A DNA stretch of 64,000 bases from a virus (taxonomy: Duplodnaviria; Caudoviricetes): the IMG/VR virus record IMGVR_UViG_3300033067_000181, positions 1-64,000 of that record, one strand, 5' to 3'. Shown in pieces: positions 6,768-16,505 of this stretch; positions within the stretch are counted from its first letter, which is position 1, and every line of letters starts with the position of its first letter. The position numbers were made by a program, and so were the translations under genes. The notes beneath the pieces were generated by a model. That model was not told the origin of the DNA. It did no database searches and saw nothing but the letters and a program-made list of their open reading frames with translations.

Positions 6768-9287
6768 ATGGATAACAAAGAAATTCAGGACGAACTGGAA
6801 CGGTTGAAATCCGTTAGCGAAAGCTATCGTCATATCATTGAAGAAAACATTAAAACGGCCAAGGAAGCTGGTATCAGTGATGAAAAAGCTGCTGCGTCTA
6901 CCTATAAGTTTGTTAAAGCAATTGAAGATGGATCTAAGAAATATAAAAAGTCGTACGATGAAATATCAGTATCAATCGACGGGTTAAAAAAGCAATATAA
7001 AAATCAAAATCTAACAGCAGCTGAACTTGACGAATCTTTAAAAGCTCTTAGACAACAAGTAAACAACACCACTGATCAAGGTAAAAAAGCAGAACTAATT
7101 AAAGCTAAGTCTGAGTTAGAATCAGCGAATGCTCGTAATAAAGCCAACGATATCTTTAAAGAAAGCATGGGTACCTTAGGTGGTACAGTTATTAAAGGTG
7201 TTGCTAACTCGTTTACAAGTGCAGCTAAATCAGCATTAGGGGGCGGAGACGCTCTTAAAGTAGCTGCTGACTTTATGACGTCTAACATTGACACGGCTAA
7301 TGCAGCCAGTCAAGTTGGATCTAAAGCACTCACTGACTTTGGTGCTGCAACTGCTGGCGCAGGCGGCAAGCTCAAGTATGTTGGTGTTGCAGCTACCGCA
7401 GCGGGATCGGCTCTAGGTTTTTTAAGCAATAGCATGAGCGAACTGGCAAAAGCTGGTATAGGCTTTATGCTAACACAAACCACTAAGATGATTAGTGGGT
7501 TTGGCGACCTGAGCAATAGTGGTGCTATTTTTGCTGGTGGCATGTTGGCAATGGTTGATACTGCCCAAACCGCCGGGATGACATTAGAACAGTTTTCTAA
7601 AGTTGTTGGAGTCAACAAAGAAAGTCTATCTAAATTAGGTATTGGGGTCAGCGAAGCATCTAAAAAGTTAGCTGGTGCAATGCAAGCCGGTGGTGAGTCT
7701 GCACGTAGAGGTATGTTTGCACTAGGCATGAACATGGAACAGCAAGCCGATGCATATGCCCAAACTATGGTAATGATGGCTGGCCCAACAGGCAAATTAA
7801 AAGCTAGCCAAGCAGAAATTGCGGCCCAGACAGAAGACTATGCAAAGAACTTAAAAATCCTTTCAGCATTAACAGGCGAAGATACAAAAGCTAAACAAGA
7901 AAAATTGCGTCAAGACAACGACACACTAGCATTCAACCAACAGCTAGATGGGATGAATGAAATTGAACGCAAGAAGATAAATGACGCTATGATGAATATG
8001 AGTGCGGATCAGCAACGTGCATTCCGTGAACGTATGATCTATGGCACTCTAATTAGTAAAGATTTAGCTATTACTGAAGCTACTAACAGTGGTATTGCAA
8101 AAGCAAACGAGCAATCATATAAAGCGGCGCTAGATGGATCGTTAAGTGCCCAACGTCAACAAGAGATACAAAAGAATAACGCCAAAGAAGCACACGATCA
8201 AGCAATGGCAAACAAAGCCCTTGCCCAAGCAGGGTCAGAGGATGCTAAAGCAGCATCAGCAAGTCAGAATGCATCTTTCCAGTACATGCAGAAGTTTACA
8301 AAAACTGAAGAAGAACGCAAGAAGATTGAAGCAGAATTAGAAAAAGGTAAAACTGCCAAGCCCGGAGCAAAAGGAAATGAAGCAGTTGATTTAATGGCGA
8401 TCCAGCAAGACTTTGCACTTAAGATGCAAGACATTGCTAAAAATGCTCTACCTCAGTTTGCTACGGCAGTTGGGCAAACAATTAAAGATATTGAAGGATC
8501 AGTGACAGCACTTGCTAAGTTAGGACTAGCAGGCGGCACAATGCCACCGTGGGTAACCAATTTAGTTGGCATTAGTGCATCATTATTACAAATAGCAACC
8601 CTGCTTGGAACAGCAGGTGGTCCTGGTGCAGCAGCAGGTGGTGCAGGTGGTGCAGGTGGCAAACTCGGCAAAGGGTTGCTTAAGAACAGTAAGTTACTTG
8701 GCGGAGTAGCTGGGGCAGGCCTTGGTGCAGCAATGGCATACAGTGACTACCAAGATGTTAAGGCCCGTGAAGCTGCTGGTCAAATCACATCCGAAGAAGC
8801 TAAAAAAGAAAAAGGTGGAGTAGTCGGCGAAGCCGCTGGTGGGCTCGCAGGTGGGCTCGCAGGCGGAGCACTTGGAGCTACATATGGTGCTCTACTAGGA
8901 CCAATTGGCATGGCTATTGGCGGCGTGCTCGGCGGAGCACTTGGTGCAGCCGGGGTAGGATGGGCCGGTAAAAAAAGTGGAGAAGCAGTAGCAGGCCAAT
9001 TTGCAGAAGGCGGAATTGCGACTGGCCCTGCAAGTGGGTACACAGCGATGCTACACAACAGAGAATTAGTATTGCCCCTAACTGATAGCGGCGCACCAAA
9101 AGCAGGCACACAAGGGATAGAAGACTTAATGAAAATGTTCGGAATGGGCAACAAGTCAGCTGCACCAGCTGGCGGTGGAGAAATGGCAGAGCTTATTAAA
9201 GAACAAAACTCTAAGCTAGACGACTTAATTAGAATTATGGGCGATAATAGAGACTATACTGAAAGACTTATGCACAACATGAGTTAA
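6768..9287 (+). CDS. Tape-measure-like protein
   Basis: 839 aa, Ala/Gly-rich and helical, with Gly-rich hydrophobic segments near the C-terminus and an FAEGGIATGP...LH..ELVLPL motif. It sits next to the hub genes. Confidence 0.75.
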   Translation: MDNKEIQDELERLKSVSESYRHIIEENIKTAKEAGISDEKAAASTYKFVKAIEDGSKKYKKSYDEISVSIDGLKKQYKNQNLTAAELDESLKALRQQVNNTTDQGKKAELIKAKSELESANARNKANDIFKESMGTLGGTVIKGVANSFTSAAKSALGGGDALKVAADFMTSNIDTANAASQVGSKALTDFGAATAGAGGKLKYVGVAATAAGSALGFLSNSMSELAKAGIGFMLTQTTKMISGFGDLSNSGAIFAGGMLAMVDTAQTAGMTLEQFSKVVGVNKESLSKLGIGVSEASKKLAGAMQAGGESARRGMFALGMNMEQQADAYAQTMVMMAGPTGKLKASQAEIAAQTEDYAKNLKILSALTGEDTKAKQEKLRQDNDTLAFNQQLDGMNEIERKKINDAMMNMSADQQRAFRERMIYGTLISKDLAITEATNSGIAKANEQSYKAALDGSLSAQRQQEIQKNNAKEAHDQAMANKALAQAGSEDAKAASASQNASFQYMQKFTKTEEERKKIEAELEKGKTAKPGAKGNEAVDLMAIQQDFALKMQDIAKNALPQFATAVGQTIKDIEGSVTALAKLGLAGGTMPPWVTNLVGISASLLQIATLLGTAGGPGAAAGGAGGAGGKLGKGLLKNSKLLGGVAGAGLGAAMAYSDYQDVKAREAAGQITSEEAKKEKGGVVGEAAGGLAGGLAGGALGATYGALLGPIGMAIGGVLGGALGAAGVGWAGKKSGEAVAGQFAEGGIATGPASGYTAMLHNRELVLPLTDSGAPKAGTQGIEDLMKMFGMGNKSAAPAGGGEMAELIKEQNSKLDDLIRIMGDNRDYTERLMHNMS

Positions 9288-9323
9288 TGCGGTAAATATA
9301 CAATCGCACGGAATTATTAAACA

Positions 9324-11030
9324 ATGTCTTGGAAAAAATATTTTAAATCAGCAAACTTACCGTCAAACGTAAGTCCTTTGGGCAATGGCAGAGCTATTGA
9401 CCCTGGCTACCGCAATTACCAAAGCACATTGCCTGAAATTTACATCGGGCACCCAAACCGTATTGAGCGTTACAACCAGTACGAACAGATGGATATGGAC
9501 AGTGAAGTTAATGCAGCACTGGACATCTTAGCTGAGTTCTCTACACAAAAGAACTTGGAAAACAACACAGCATTTGACATTCACTTCAAAGACAAACCAA
9601 CTGATAACGAAGTAAAGATTATTAAAGAGCAACTACAACAATGGGTTGCCTTAAACGAATTTAACAAGCGTATCTTTAAGATTTTCCGTAACGTTATCAA
9701 ATACGGCGATCAAGTATTCATCCGCGATCCAGAAACATTCAAACTGTTCTGGACTGAGATGAGTAAAGTTACTAAGGTTATCGTTAACGAAGCAGAAGGC
9801 AAGAAGCCTGAGCAATACATTGTTAAAGACTTAAACCCTAACTTCCAGAACTTAACAGTTACAGCGGTTAGCACGAGCGATACATTCAGCAATCACCCAC
9901 AAGTTGGTGGTCCTAGCGGCAGTTATGTACAGCCTAATGCACCATTTAGCGGTGGATCACGTTTCCAACACCAACAAAACGAAGCTGTAATTAATGCAGA
10001 ACACGTTGTACACATCAGTTTAACAGAGGGCTTAGACGTATTTTGGCCTTTCGGTAACAGTGTATTAGAGAACGTTTTTAAGGTGTTTAAGCAAAAAGAA
10101 TTGCTTGAAGATGCGATTATTATCTACCGTGTACAACGTGCGCCAGAGCGCCGTGTATTTAAAATTGACGTAGGTAACATGCCAACACACATGGCGATGG
10201 CATTCGTTGACCGTATTAAGAATGAAATTGCACAACGCCGTATTCCTACACAAACAGGTGGCGGCGGCAACATGATGGATGCTACATACAATCCATTAAG
10301 CACAAACGAAGATTACTTCTTCCCAGTTACAGCAGACGGTCGTGGTTCTAGCGTTGAGCCATTGCCAGGCGGTCAGAACTTGGGCGAGATTACAGACTTA
10401 CGATTCTTTACTAACAAGCTATTCCGTGGTTTGCGTATTCCATCTAGCTATTTGCCAACAGGCTTAGAAGACGGATCGCAAAGCATGAACGACGGTAAAG
10501 TTGGTACAGCTTTGATCCAAGAATGGCGTTTTAACCAGTACTGTAAACGTTTACAATCTATGGTTGTAGACAAGCTAGACCAAGAATTTAAGATGTTTAT
10601 GCGTTGGAGAGGTATTAATATTGACTCCAGCCTGTTTGATTTAATATTTGAAGAACCGCAGAACTTTGCAAGCTACAGCCAGGCAGAAGCTGACCAGGCC
10701 CGTATTGCAACATTTACTCAATTAGAAGCATACCCTTACTTCTCTAAGCGTTGGTTGATGGAACGCTTCTTGGGCTTAAGTGAACAAGAAATGAACGACA
10801 ACGAACGTCTATGGAACGAAGAACAAGGTGACGTAGAAAGTGCCCCTGCAGAAGGTGCCGATCTACGTAGTGTGGGCGTAACTCCAGGTGGCATTAGCCA
10901 AGACTTAGAAGCGGTTGCACCACCACCGGGTGCTGAAGGCGATATGGGTGCAGCAGCCCCAGGAGAAATGGGTGCTGCACCGGGCGGCGCCCCTGCTCCA
11001 GCAGCGCCAGCAGCAGCCGCAGGTATCTAA
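9324..11030 (+). CDS. gp20: Portal protein (T4 gp20-like)
   Basis: LEDAIIIYRVQRAPERRVFKIDVGNMP, EDYFFP, GRGSSVEPLPGGQNLGEITDLRFF, and LRIPSS motifs. Confidence 0.95.
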   Translation: MSWKKYFKSANLPSNVSPLGNGRAIDPGYRNYQSTLPEIYIGHPNRIERYNQYEQMDMDSEVNAALDILAEFSTQKNLENNTAFDIHFKDKPTDNEVKIIKEQLQQWVALNEFNKRIFKIFRNVIKYGDQVFIRDPETFKLFWTEMSKVTKVIVNEAEGKKPEQYIVKDLNPNFQNLTVTAVSTSDTFSNHPQVGGPSGSYVQPNAPFSGGSRFQHQQNEAVINAEHVVHISLTEGLDVFWPFGNSVLENVFKVFKQKELLEDAIIIYRVQRAPERRVFKIDVGNMPTHMAMAFVDRIKNEIAQRRIPTQTGGGGNMMDATYNPLSTNEDYFFPVTADGRGSSVEPLPGGQNLGEITDLRFFTNKLFRGLRIPSSYLPTGLEDGSQSMNDGKVGTALIQEWRFNQYCKRLQSMVVDKLDQEFKMFMRWRGINIDSSLFDLIFEEPQNFASYSQAEADQARIATFTQLEAYPYFSKRWLMERFLGLSEQEMNDNERLWNEEQGDVESAPAEGADLRSVGVTPGGISQDLEAVAPPPGAEGDMGAAAPGEMGAAPGGAPAPAAPAAAAGI

Positions 11031-11044
11031 AGGTAAATAACTGT

Positions 11045-11287
11045 ATGTATGTAATGGAAATTTTTGATGGCAACAATGACTTACCGGGTCATCGCTCTGA
11101 AAAGGACGATAACTCCGTAGTTAAACTTGGCGACATGCGTAAGACTAAGCTAACTCTAGCTCACATCAACAAGTTACGCATGGCAAATGACATTCGAAAA
11201 TTTGAACATGAAGACAAACTCAAGAAGGTATCTAAGCAGTACAAGGCTGCTCCAGAAGGCGGCGGCATGGGCGCTCCTGGTATCTAA
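11045..11287 (+). CDS. Small hypothetical protein in the head module
   Basis: Lies between the portal and core genes. TAAATA at 11034-11039 is 5 nt before the ATG. Confidence 0.7.
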   Translation: MYVMEIFDGNNDLPGHRSEKDDNSVVKLGDMRKTKLTLAHINKLRMANDIRKFEHEDKLKKVSKQYKAAPEGGGMGAPGI

Positions 11288-11383
11288 TTCTTAAAATCCT
11301 TCAAAAAACACCGATATTAAGTAGAAATCTGCGTAGATTAGTAAATAATTTACAAGCCATATTATTGAAAGGACATTTTTAAT

Positions 11384-12448
11384 ATGAACAAATACGAACA
11401 GTTGATTGAACACATTATCAACGAAAACGAACAAGCAGCTCGTGAGCTTTTTCACTCTATTGTAGTTGAAAAGTCTCGTGAGATTTATGAAAGCCTGATG
11501 GACGAAGATCAAGTTGACGAAAACATTGATCAGTACGACCAACAAGGCGACCTAGCACAAGACGTAGCTAGCGACGAAACCCACGGTTTAGGTGAAGACG
11601 ACCTAGAAGGTGGCGATATTGAATTAGACGGCGGCGACGAGTTTGGTGGCGACGATCTAGGTGGTGACGACATGGGCGGTATGGACGACATGGGCGGTGA
11701 TGACTTAGGTGGCGACATTGGCGGCGGCGATGCTGAAGGTGAATTCCAAAACATCCGTGATGCAATCGACAGCTTAGAAGCTGAGTTTGCTAAACTAACT
11801 GGCGGCGAAGGTGACAACCAAAGCGGTACAGGTTCTGCAGAATTTGGTGGCGACGAAGACGGTCAAAGCGGTACTGGCTCTGATGAGTTCGGTGGTGCAG
11901 ACGGTGCTGAAGACGAAGCCGGCGCAGAAGACGAAATGTTTGCCGAAGGTGAAAATCCATTTGCTAAGAAAGGTTCTGGCGCAAGCGGATCTGGTAAGAG
12001 CGGAAGCGGCAAGTCTGGTTCTGGCAAAAGCGGTTCTGGTAAGATGACTGAAGCAGAAATGATGCGTGAATACGTTGAAAAAGTTGCTGCTCCAGCTAAC
12101 ACAGAAGGTACAGCAGTTGGTACAGGCAACAAGACTCCTAAAGTTTCTGTTAACACAAAGAACCCACTAGCAGGTAAGAACGACATGGGCGGTTCTGCAA
12201 AGAACATCGCTAATGGCAAGTCTGACGCAGGTGATGTTGATGGTAACAGCACAAAAGCTAAAGCAGGTGGTTTTGTTAAACCAGCACAAGAAATTGATGT
12301 TGCAAAGCGTAACGTAAACAAAGTTGGCGGCAACAAAGGCGCTCAAGACTTCTATAACACTAAAGCTAAAGGTAAAGACGCTGAAGGTAGCACTACCGAC
12401 GGTAACTTGAGTGTTAACAAGAAGAGCCTTGAAGGCGGCCGTAAGTAA
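11384..12448 (+). CDS. Acidic low-complexity prohead core protein (gp67/gp68-like position)
   Basis: Very D/E/G-rich, with DDLGG and SGSGK repeats. It lies immediately upstream of the prohead protease. Confidence 0.6.
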   Translation: MNKYEQLIEHIINENEQAARELFHSIVVEKSREIYESLMDEDQVDENIDQYDQQGDLAQDVASDETHGLGEDDLEGGDIELDGGDEFGGDDLGGDDMGGMDDMGGDDLGGDIGGGDAEGEFQNIRDAIDSLEAEFAKLTGGEGDNQSGTGSAEFGGDEDGQSGTGSDEFGGADGAEDEAGAEDEMFAEGENPFAKKGSGASGSGKSGSGKSGSGKSGSGKMTEAEMMREYVEKVAAPANTEGTAVGTGNKTPKVSVNTKNPLAGKNDMGGSAKNIANGKSDAGDVDGNSTKAKAGGFVKPAQEIDVAKRNVNKVGGNKGAQDFYNTKAKGKDAEGSTTDGNLSVNKKSLEGGRK

Positions 12449-12461
12449 TTAGGACAATAAT

Positions 12462-13088
12462 ATGGCTTTGTACCTAAGAGAAAACCTTACATTCGATCGT
12501 GCCAACATTATCGTTGAGTCCGAAGGTGATGGTAAGAATCTCAAAATGAAAGGGATATTCATCCAGGGAGGCGTGAAGAACGCTAACCAACGTGTATATC
12601 CAGTTCATGAAATTGAAAAGGCCGTATCCACCATTAACGAACAGATTAGTGGTGGATACAGTGTCTTGGGCGAAGTCGACCATCCTGATGATTTAAAGAT
12701 TAATTTAGATCGTGTCTCCCACATGATTGAAAAAATGTGGATGGACGGTCCTTGCGGATACGGTACTCTAAAAATCCTACCAACACCAATGGGTGAACTT
12801 GTTAAGTCAATGTTAACTAGTGGTGTTAAGTTGGGTGTTAGCAGCCGTGGATCCGGTAACGTTAATGAAAGTAGCGGTCACGTAAGTGATTTTGAAATCA
12901 TTACAGTAGACATTGTGGCACAACCCTCTGCTCCTAATGCTTATCCTAAAGCAATTTATGAAAGCCTTATGAATATGAAGGGCGGTTCGCAAATATTTGA
13001 GATGGCTCGTGATGCCTCTCAAGATCAAAAAGTACAAAAGTACATGAAAGAAGCAATTACCCGCTTCATCAAAGACCTTAAAGTATAA
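12462..13088 (+). CDS. gp21: Prohead core protease (T4 gp21-like)
   Basis: GIFIQGGVKNANQRVYP, LGEVDHP, VSH, GVSSRGSG, and DIVAQPSAPNA motifs. Confidence 0.95.
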   Translation: MALYLRENLTFDRANIIVESEGDGKNLKMKGIFIQGGVKNANQRVYPVHEIEKAVSTINEQISGGYSVLGEVDHPDDLKINLDRVSHMIEKMWMDGPCGYGTLKILPTPMGELVKSMLTSGVKLGVSSRGSGNVNESSGHVSDFEIITVDIVAQPSAPNAYPKAIYESLMNMKGGSQIFEMARDASQDQKVQKYMKEAITRFIKDLKV

Positions 13089-13102
13089 CAGGAGAAAACC
13101 TA

Positions 13103-14212
13103 ATGTTAGATGCTATCAAACCATTGCTAGATAGTGGCATTATTAACGAAAGCACTCAACAGGCTATCAATGAGGCTTGGGAAGCTCGTCTTTCCGAAGC
13201 TAAAGAGAGTGCCCGTGCAGAACTTCGTGAAGAATTTGCACAACGCTATCAGCATGACAAACAAGTCATGGTTGAGGCTCTAGACAAAATGGTAACAGAA
13301 GGTCTAACTGCTGAACTAGCTGAATTCCAAACGGAAAAGCAAGCTCTTGCAGAAGACCGTGTTAAGTTCAAAGTTCACATGAACGAGTCTGCTAAGAAGT
13401 TTAACAGCTTCATGGTAAGCAAGTTAAGTGAAGAAATCCAAGAACTTCGTAAGGATCGTCAAGTTTATGAAAACTCTATCGGTAAGCTAGAGTCATTTGT
13501 AATCAAGGCCCTTGCAGAAGAAATCCAAGAGTTTGAACAAGACAAGAAAGCTGTAGTTGAAACTAAAGTCCGCTTAATTGCTGGTGCTAAAGAGAAGCTA
13601 TCTGAACTACAACAGCAATTCATTGCTCGTAGTGCAGGCCTTGTAAAGGAAGCTGTTGCCAAGAATTTAGAGTCAGAGTTGACTCAACTAAAAGAAGACA
13701 TCCAAGTTGCTCGCGAGAACATGTTTGGTCGTCGCCTATTTGAAGCTTTTGCTAGCGAATTCAGCGTTACTCACTTAAATGAGAACAAAGAAATTGCTAA
13801 GTTACAAGCCGCATTGACACAGACTAAGCAACAAGTTGCTGAAGCTCGTCGTGTAGCTGCTGAGAAGGCAACCTTAGTTGAATCAAAAGAAAGAGAGATT
13901 CGTGTAATCAAGGAATCTGCAGATCGTAAGTCTTTAATGGCTGATCTAATGAAACCGTTGAGCAAAGAGAAAGCCGCTGTAATGAGCGAGCTACTTGAAA
14001 GTGTCCAAACAAGTAAATTGCAAGGCGCTTACGAAAAATATCTACCAGCTGTATTGAACAATAAAGCCAGCGTAGCCGCACCTGCTCCACAAAAGCAGAT
14101 GGTTAACGAGAGCCGTGTTGAAGTCACTGGAGATAAGGCTGCTAAGAACGCCGCGGAAACAAGAGTTGACACTAATGTCATCGACTTGAAGCGTTTAGCA
14201 GGGCTAAAATAA
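13103..14212 (+). CDS. gp22: Prohead scaffolding/core protein (T4 gp22-like)
   Basis: Glu/Ala/Lys-rich coiled coil located between the protease and the major capsid gene. Confidence 0.85.
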   Translation: MLDAIKPLLDSGIINESTQQAINEAWEARLSEAKESARAELREEFAQRYQHDKQVMVEALDKMVTEGLTAELAEFQTEKQALAEDRVKFKVHMNESAKKFNSFMVSKLSEEIQELRKDRQVYENSIGKLESFVIKALAEEIQEFEQDKKAVVETKVRLIAGAKEKLSELQQQFIARSAGLVKEAVAKNLESELTQLKEDIQVARENMFGRRLFEAFASEFSVTHLNENKEIAKLQAALTQTKQQVAEARRVAAEKATLVESKEREIRVIKESADRKSLMADLMKPLSKEKAAVMSELLESVQTSKLQGAYEKYLPAVLNNKASVAAPAPQKQMVNESRVEVTGDKAAKNAAETRVDTNVIDLKRLAGLK

Positions 14213-14239
14213 TAAACCCTAATTAGGAGAAATGAAATT

Positions 14240-15430
14240 ATGACAACCGCATTACTAGAAAGCCGTTGGGGCGAAACCAAAGAAGCCCTGTTAGAAGGCT
14301 TGAATGGTTCTAAGAGAACTACAATGGGTGTGATCCTTGAGAACACTCGCAAGATGTTGAGCGAATCTGCTACAGCAGGTGGTACAGCAGCAGGTAGCGT
14401 AGCTACACTTAACCGTGTTATTCTACCAGTTATCCGCCGTGTTATGCCTACTGTTATTGCTAACGAGCTAGTTGGTGTTCAACCAATGACTGGCCCAGTT
14501 GCACAGATCCATACTCTACGTGTACGTTACGCTGATGGCGTTACACACAGTGGCGACAGCAGCCAAACTACTGCTGCTGGTGATGAGGCATTGAGCCCAT
14601 TCAAGATCGCTACTCAGTATTCTGGAAGCACATTCCAAGGTACTGGCGCTGGCAAAGCTAACAGCACTGCTACAATGGAAGGCGTACCTGGTAACCGTAT
14701 CAACGTACAAATCTTGAAACAAGTTGTTGAAGCTAAGACACGTAAATTGTCTGCACGTTGGACATTTGAAGCTGCTCAAGACGCACAAGCTATGCACGGT
14801 TTGGACGTTGAAGCAGAAGTTATGGCTGCTTTGGCACAAGAAATTACAGTTGAAATCGACCAAGAGATCTTAGGTTCTCTACGTTCGTTGGCAGCTACTG
14901 AGTACACATACAACCAAGCTACCGTTTCTGGTACTGCTACATTCGTTGGTGACGAACACGCTGCTCTAGCTGTTTTGATCAACCGTGCTAGCAACTTGAT
15001 CGCACAACGCACACGTCGTGGTGCTGGTAACTGGGCTGTTGTTTCTAGCGCCGCATTGACAGTATTGCAATCTGCAACTACTTCTGCCTTCGCTCGTACA
15101 ACAGAAGGTACATTCGAAGCTCCTACAAACACTAAGTTTGTTGGTACTTTGAACGGTGCTATGCGTGTATACGTAGACGGCTACGCACAAGACAGCCAAG
15201 CTGTTCTAGTTGGTTACAAGGGTTCTAGCGAAGCAGACGCTGCTGCGTTCTATTGCCCATACGTACCATTGATGAGCTCCGGTGTTGTACTAGATCCATC
15301 TACATTCGAACCAGTAGTTGGCTTCATGACTCGTTATGGTTATGTTGAGTTGACAAACACAGCTAGCTCTTTGGGCAACGCTGCTGACTACTTGGCAGAA
15401 ATCGCTGTAAGCAACTTGAGCTTCCAGTAA
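14240..15430 (+). CDS. gp23: Major capsid protein (T4 gp23-like)
   Basis: RRVMPTVIANELVGVQPMTGP, RKLSARWTFEAAQD, EITVEIDQE, FYCPYVPL, and FMTRYG motifs. AGGAG Shine-Dalgarno upstream. Confidence 0.97.
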   Translation: MTTALLESRWGETKEALLEGLNGSKRTTMGVILENTRKMLSESATAGGTAAGSVATLNRVILPVIRRVMPTVIANELVGVQPMTGPVAQIHTLRVRYADGVTHSGDSSQTTAAGDEALSPFKIATQYSGSTFQGTGAGKANSTATMEGVPGNRINVQILKQVVEAKTRKLSARWTFEAAQDAQAMHGLDVEAEVMAALAQEITVEIDQEILGSLRSLAATEYTYNQATVSGTATFVGDEHAALAVLINRASNLIAQRTRRGAGNWAVVSSAALTVLQSATTSAFARTTEGTFEAPTNTKFVGTLNGAMRVYVDGYAQDSQAVLVGYKGSSEADAAAFYCPYVPLMSSGVVLDPSTFEPVVGFMTRYGYVELTNTASSLGNAADYLAEIAVSNLSFQ

Positions 15431-15481
15431 TCTTCTACCCAGGGATGGGAAGACCTGATAGCACCGAAAGGTGCTATTAAT

Positions 15482-15509
15482 AAAAAGCCCCTTAATTTGG
15501 GGCTTTTTT
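15482..15509 (+). terminator. Rho-independent terminator after the major capsid gene
   Basis: aaaaagcccc-ttaattt-ggggcttttt followed by T. It is preceded by a GAAA-loop hairpin at 15457-15478. Confidence 0.85.
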
Positions 15510-15540
15510 GTTGGCGTAAGTTTTTGCTATTAAATACAAA

Positions 15541-16422
15541 ATGAAATCAATATTCCGTTACTCACCAAAAGACATATATCTTATCTTGTATGCTTTCTTT
15601 TTGTTCTGCGTTCCTTACACACTAGCAGTATGGACTCCGTCATTTGCGTGGATACTTGTTATAAGTTTTTTCCAGGTCTGGTTTATTGTTAATTGTCAAA
15701 ACAGTTCTTTGCATCATCATACACACTGGACAACATTTAAAAGTTCTACACTAAACAGAATCTACGAATTGTTTTTAAGTGCAGTTACTGGCATTCCGCA
15801 GAATGCATGGAAAAATACGCACATGCTGCACCACAGGCATGTAAACGATAAACCTAATCATACAGGTGCTACACAAGATCCAGTTAGTGTTTATCGCGGA
15901 AGACGCGATGGTGAGCTAGTAAACTTTTGGGTTTACTGTTATAGGATGACAGTATTTTTCCAAATTAAAAACTTCTTTATTGCATCGCCAAGAAGAATAC
16001 AAATTGATGAGTTCAATAAAAGATACAACAGAGAGCTATGGGCATTTAGGCTTTACATATTGTCAGTGATTGCAATTAATCCATTGTTTGGATTGTGGAC
16101 AGCTCTAGTATATGCTTTGGCCTTTTTTGTAAACAATGCTAACAGCTACGGCGAGCATTGGGGTGCGTTAAATAGACGTGGTGATACAACACAAGATAGT
16201 ATCGGCATCTACAGTAAGTGGTACAATATTTTTGGTTTTAATGCAGGGCTGCATCAAGAACATCACCACAAGCCGGGTGTACACTGGACTAAGTTACCTG
16301 AAGTCACTCCTTTACTAAACCCCGATAGAGTTATTGTTAAGCACGGCGTTCATATCACAAACAATCCTTTTTGGAGTCACTTTGTTGCACTTATTAAAGG
16401 TGAAAAGGTATATCCTAAATAA
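15541..16422 (+). CDS. Membrane fatty-acid desaturase family protein
   Basis: Three His boxes (HHHTH, HMLHHRH, HQEHHH) and hydrophobic segments. TAAATA at 15531-15536. Confidence 0.85.
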   Translation: MKSIFRYSPKDIYLILYAFFLFCVPYTLAVWTPSFAWILVISFFQVWFIVNCQNSSLHHHTHWTTFKSSTLNRIYELFLSAVTGIPQNAWKNTHMLHHRHVNDKPNHTGATQDPVSVYRGRRDGELVNFWVYCYRMTVFFQIKNFFIASPRRIQIDEFNKRYNRELWAFRLYILSVIAINPLFGLWTALVYALAFFVNNANSYGEHWGALNRRGDTTQDSIGIYSKWYNIFGFNAGLHQEHHHKPGVHWTKLPEVTPLLNPDRVIVKHGVHITNNPFWSHFVALIKGEKVYPK

Positions 16423-16428
16423 ATATAT

Positions 16429-16483
16429 TGTTCACTCTTAACTGAGAGTTTATGCAGTTACCCAACTGCGTAGGCCTAGAACG
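16429..16483 (+). promoter_or_regulatory. Structured 5' leader (three-way junction) of the gene at 16506
   Basis: tgttc/gaacg closes two hairpins, actct/agagt and tttatgcagtt-accc-aactgcgtagg. It lies between TAAATA (16417) and AGGAG (16494). Confidence 0.5.
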
Positions 16484-16505
16484 CCAAACATTAAGGAGAA
16501 ACAAC

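Noticed and set aside
11985-12045. SGSGK tandem repeats in the core protein as a DNA-level repeat element
   Set aside because: The codons differ between units, so this is an ordinary protein low-complexity linker.
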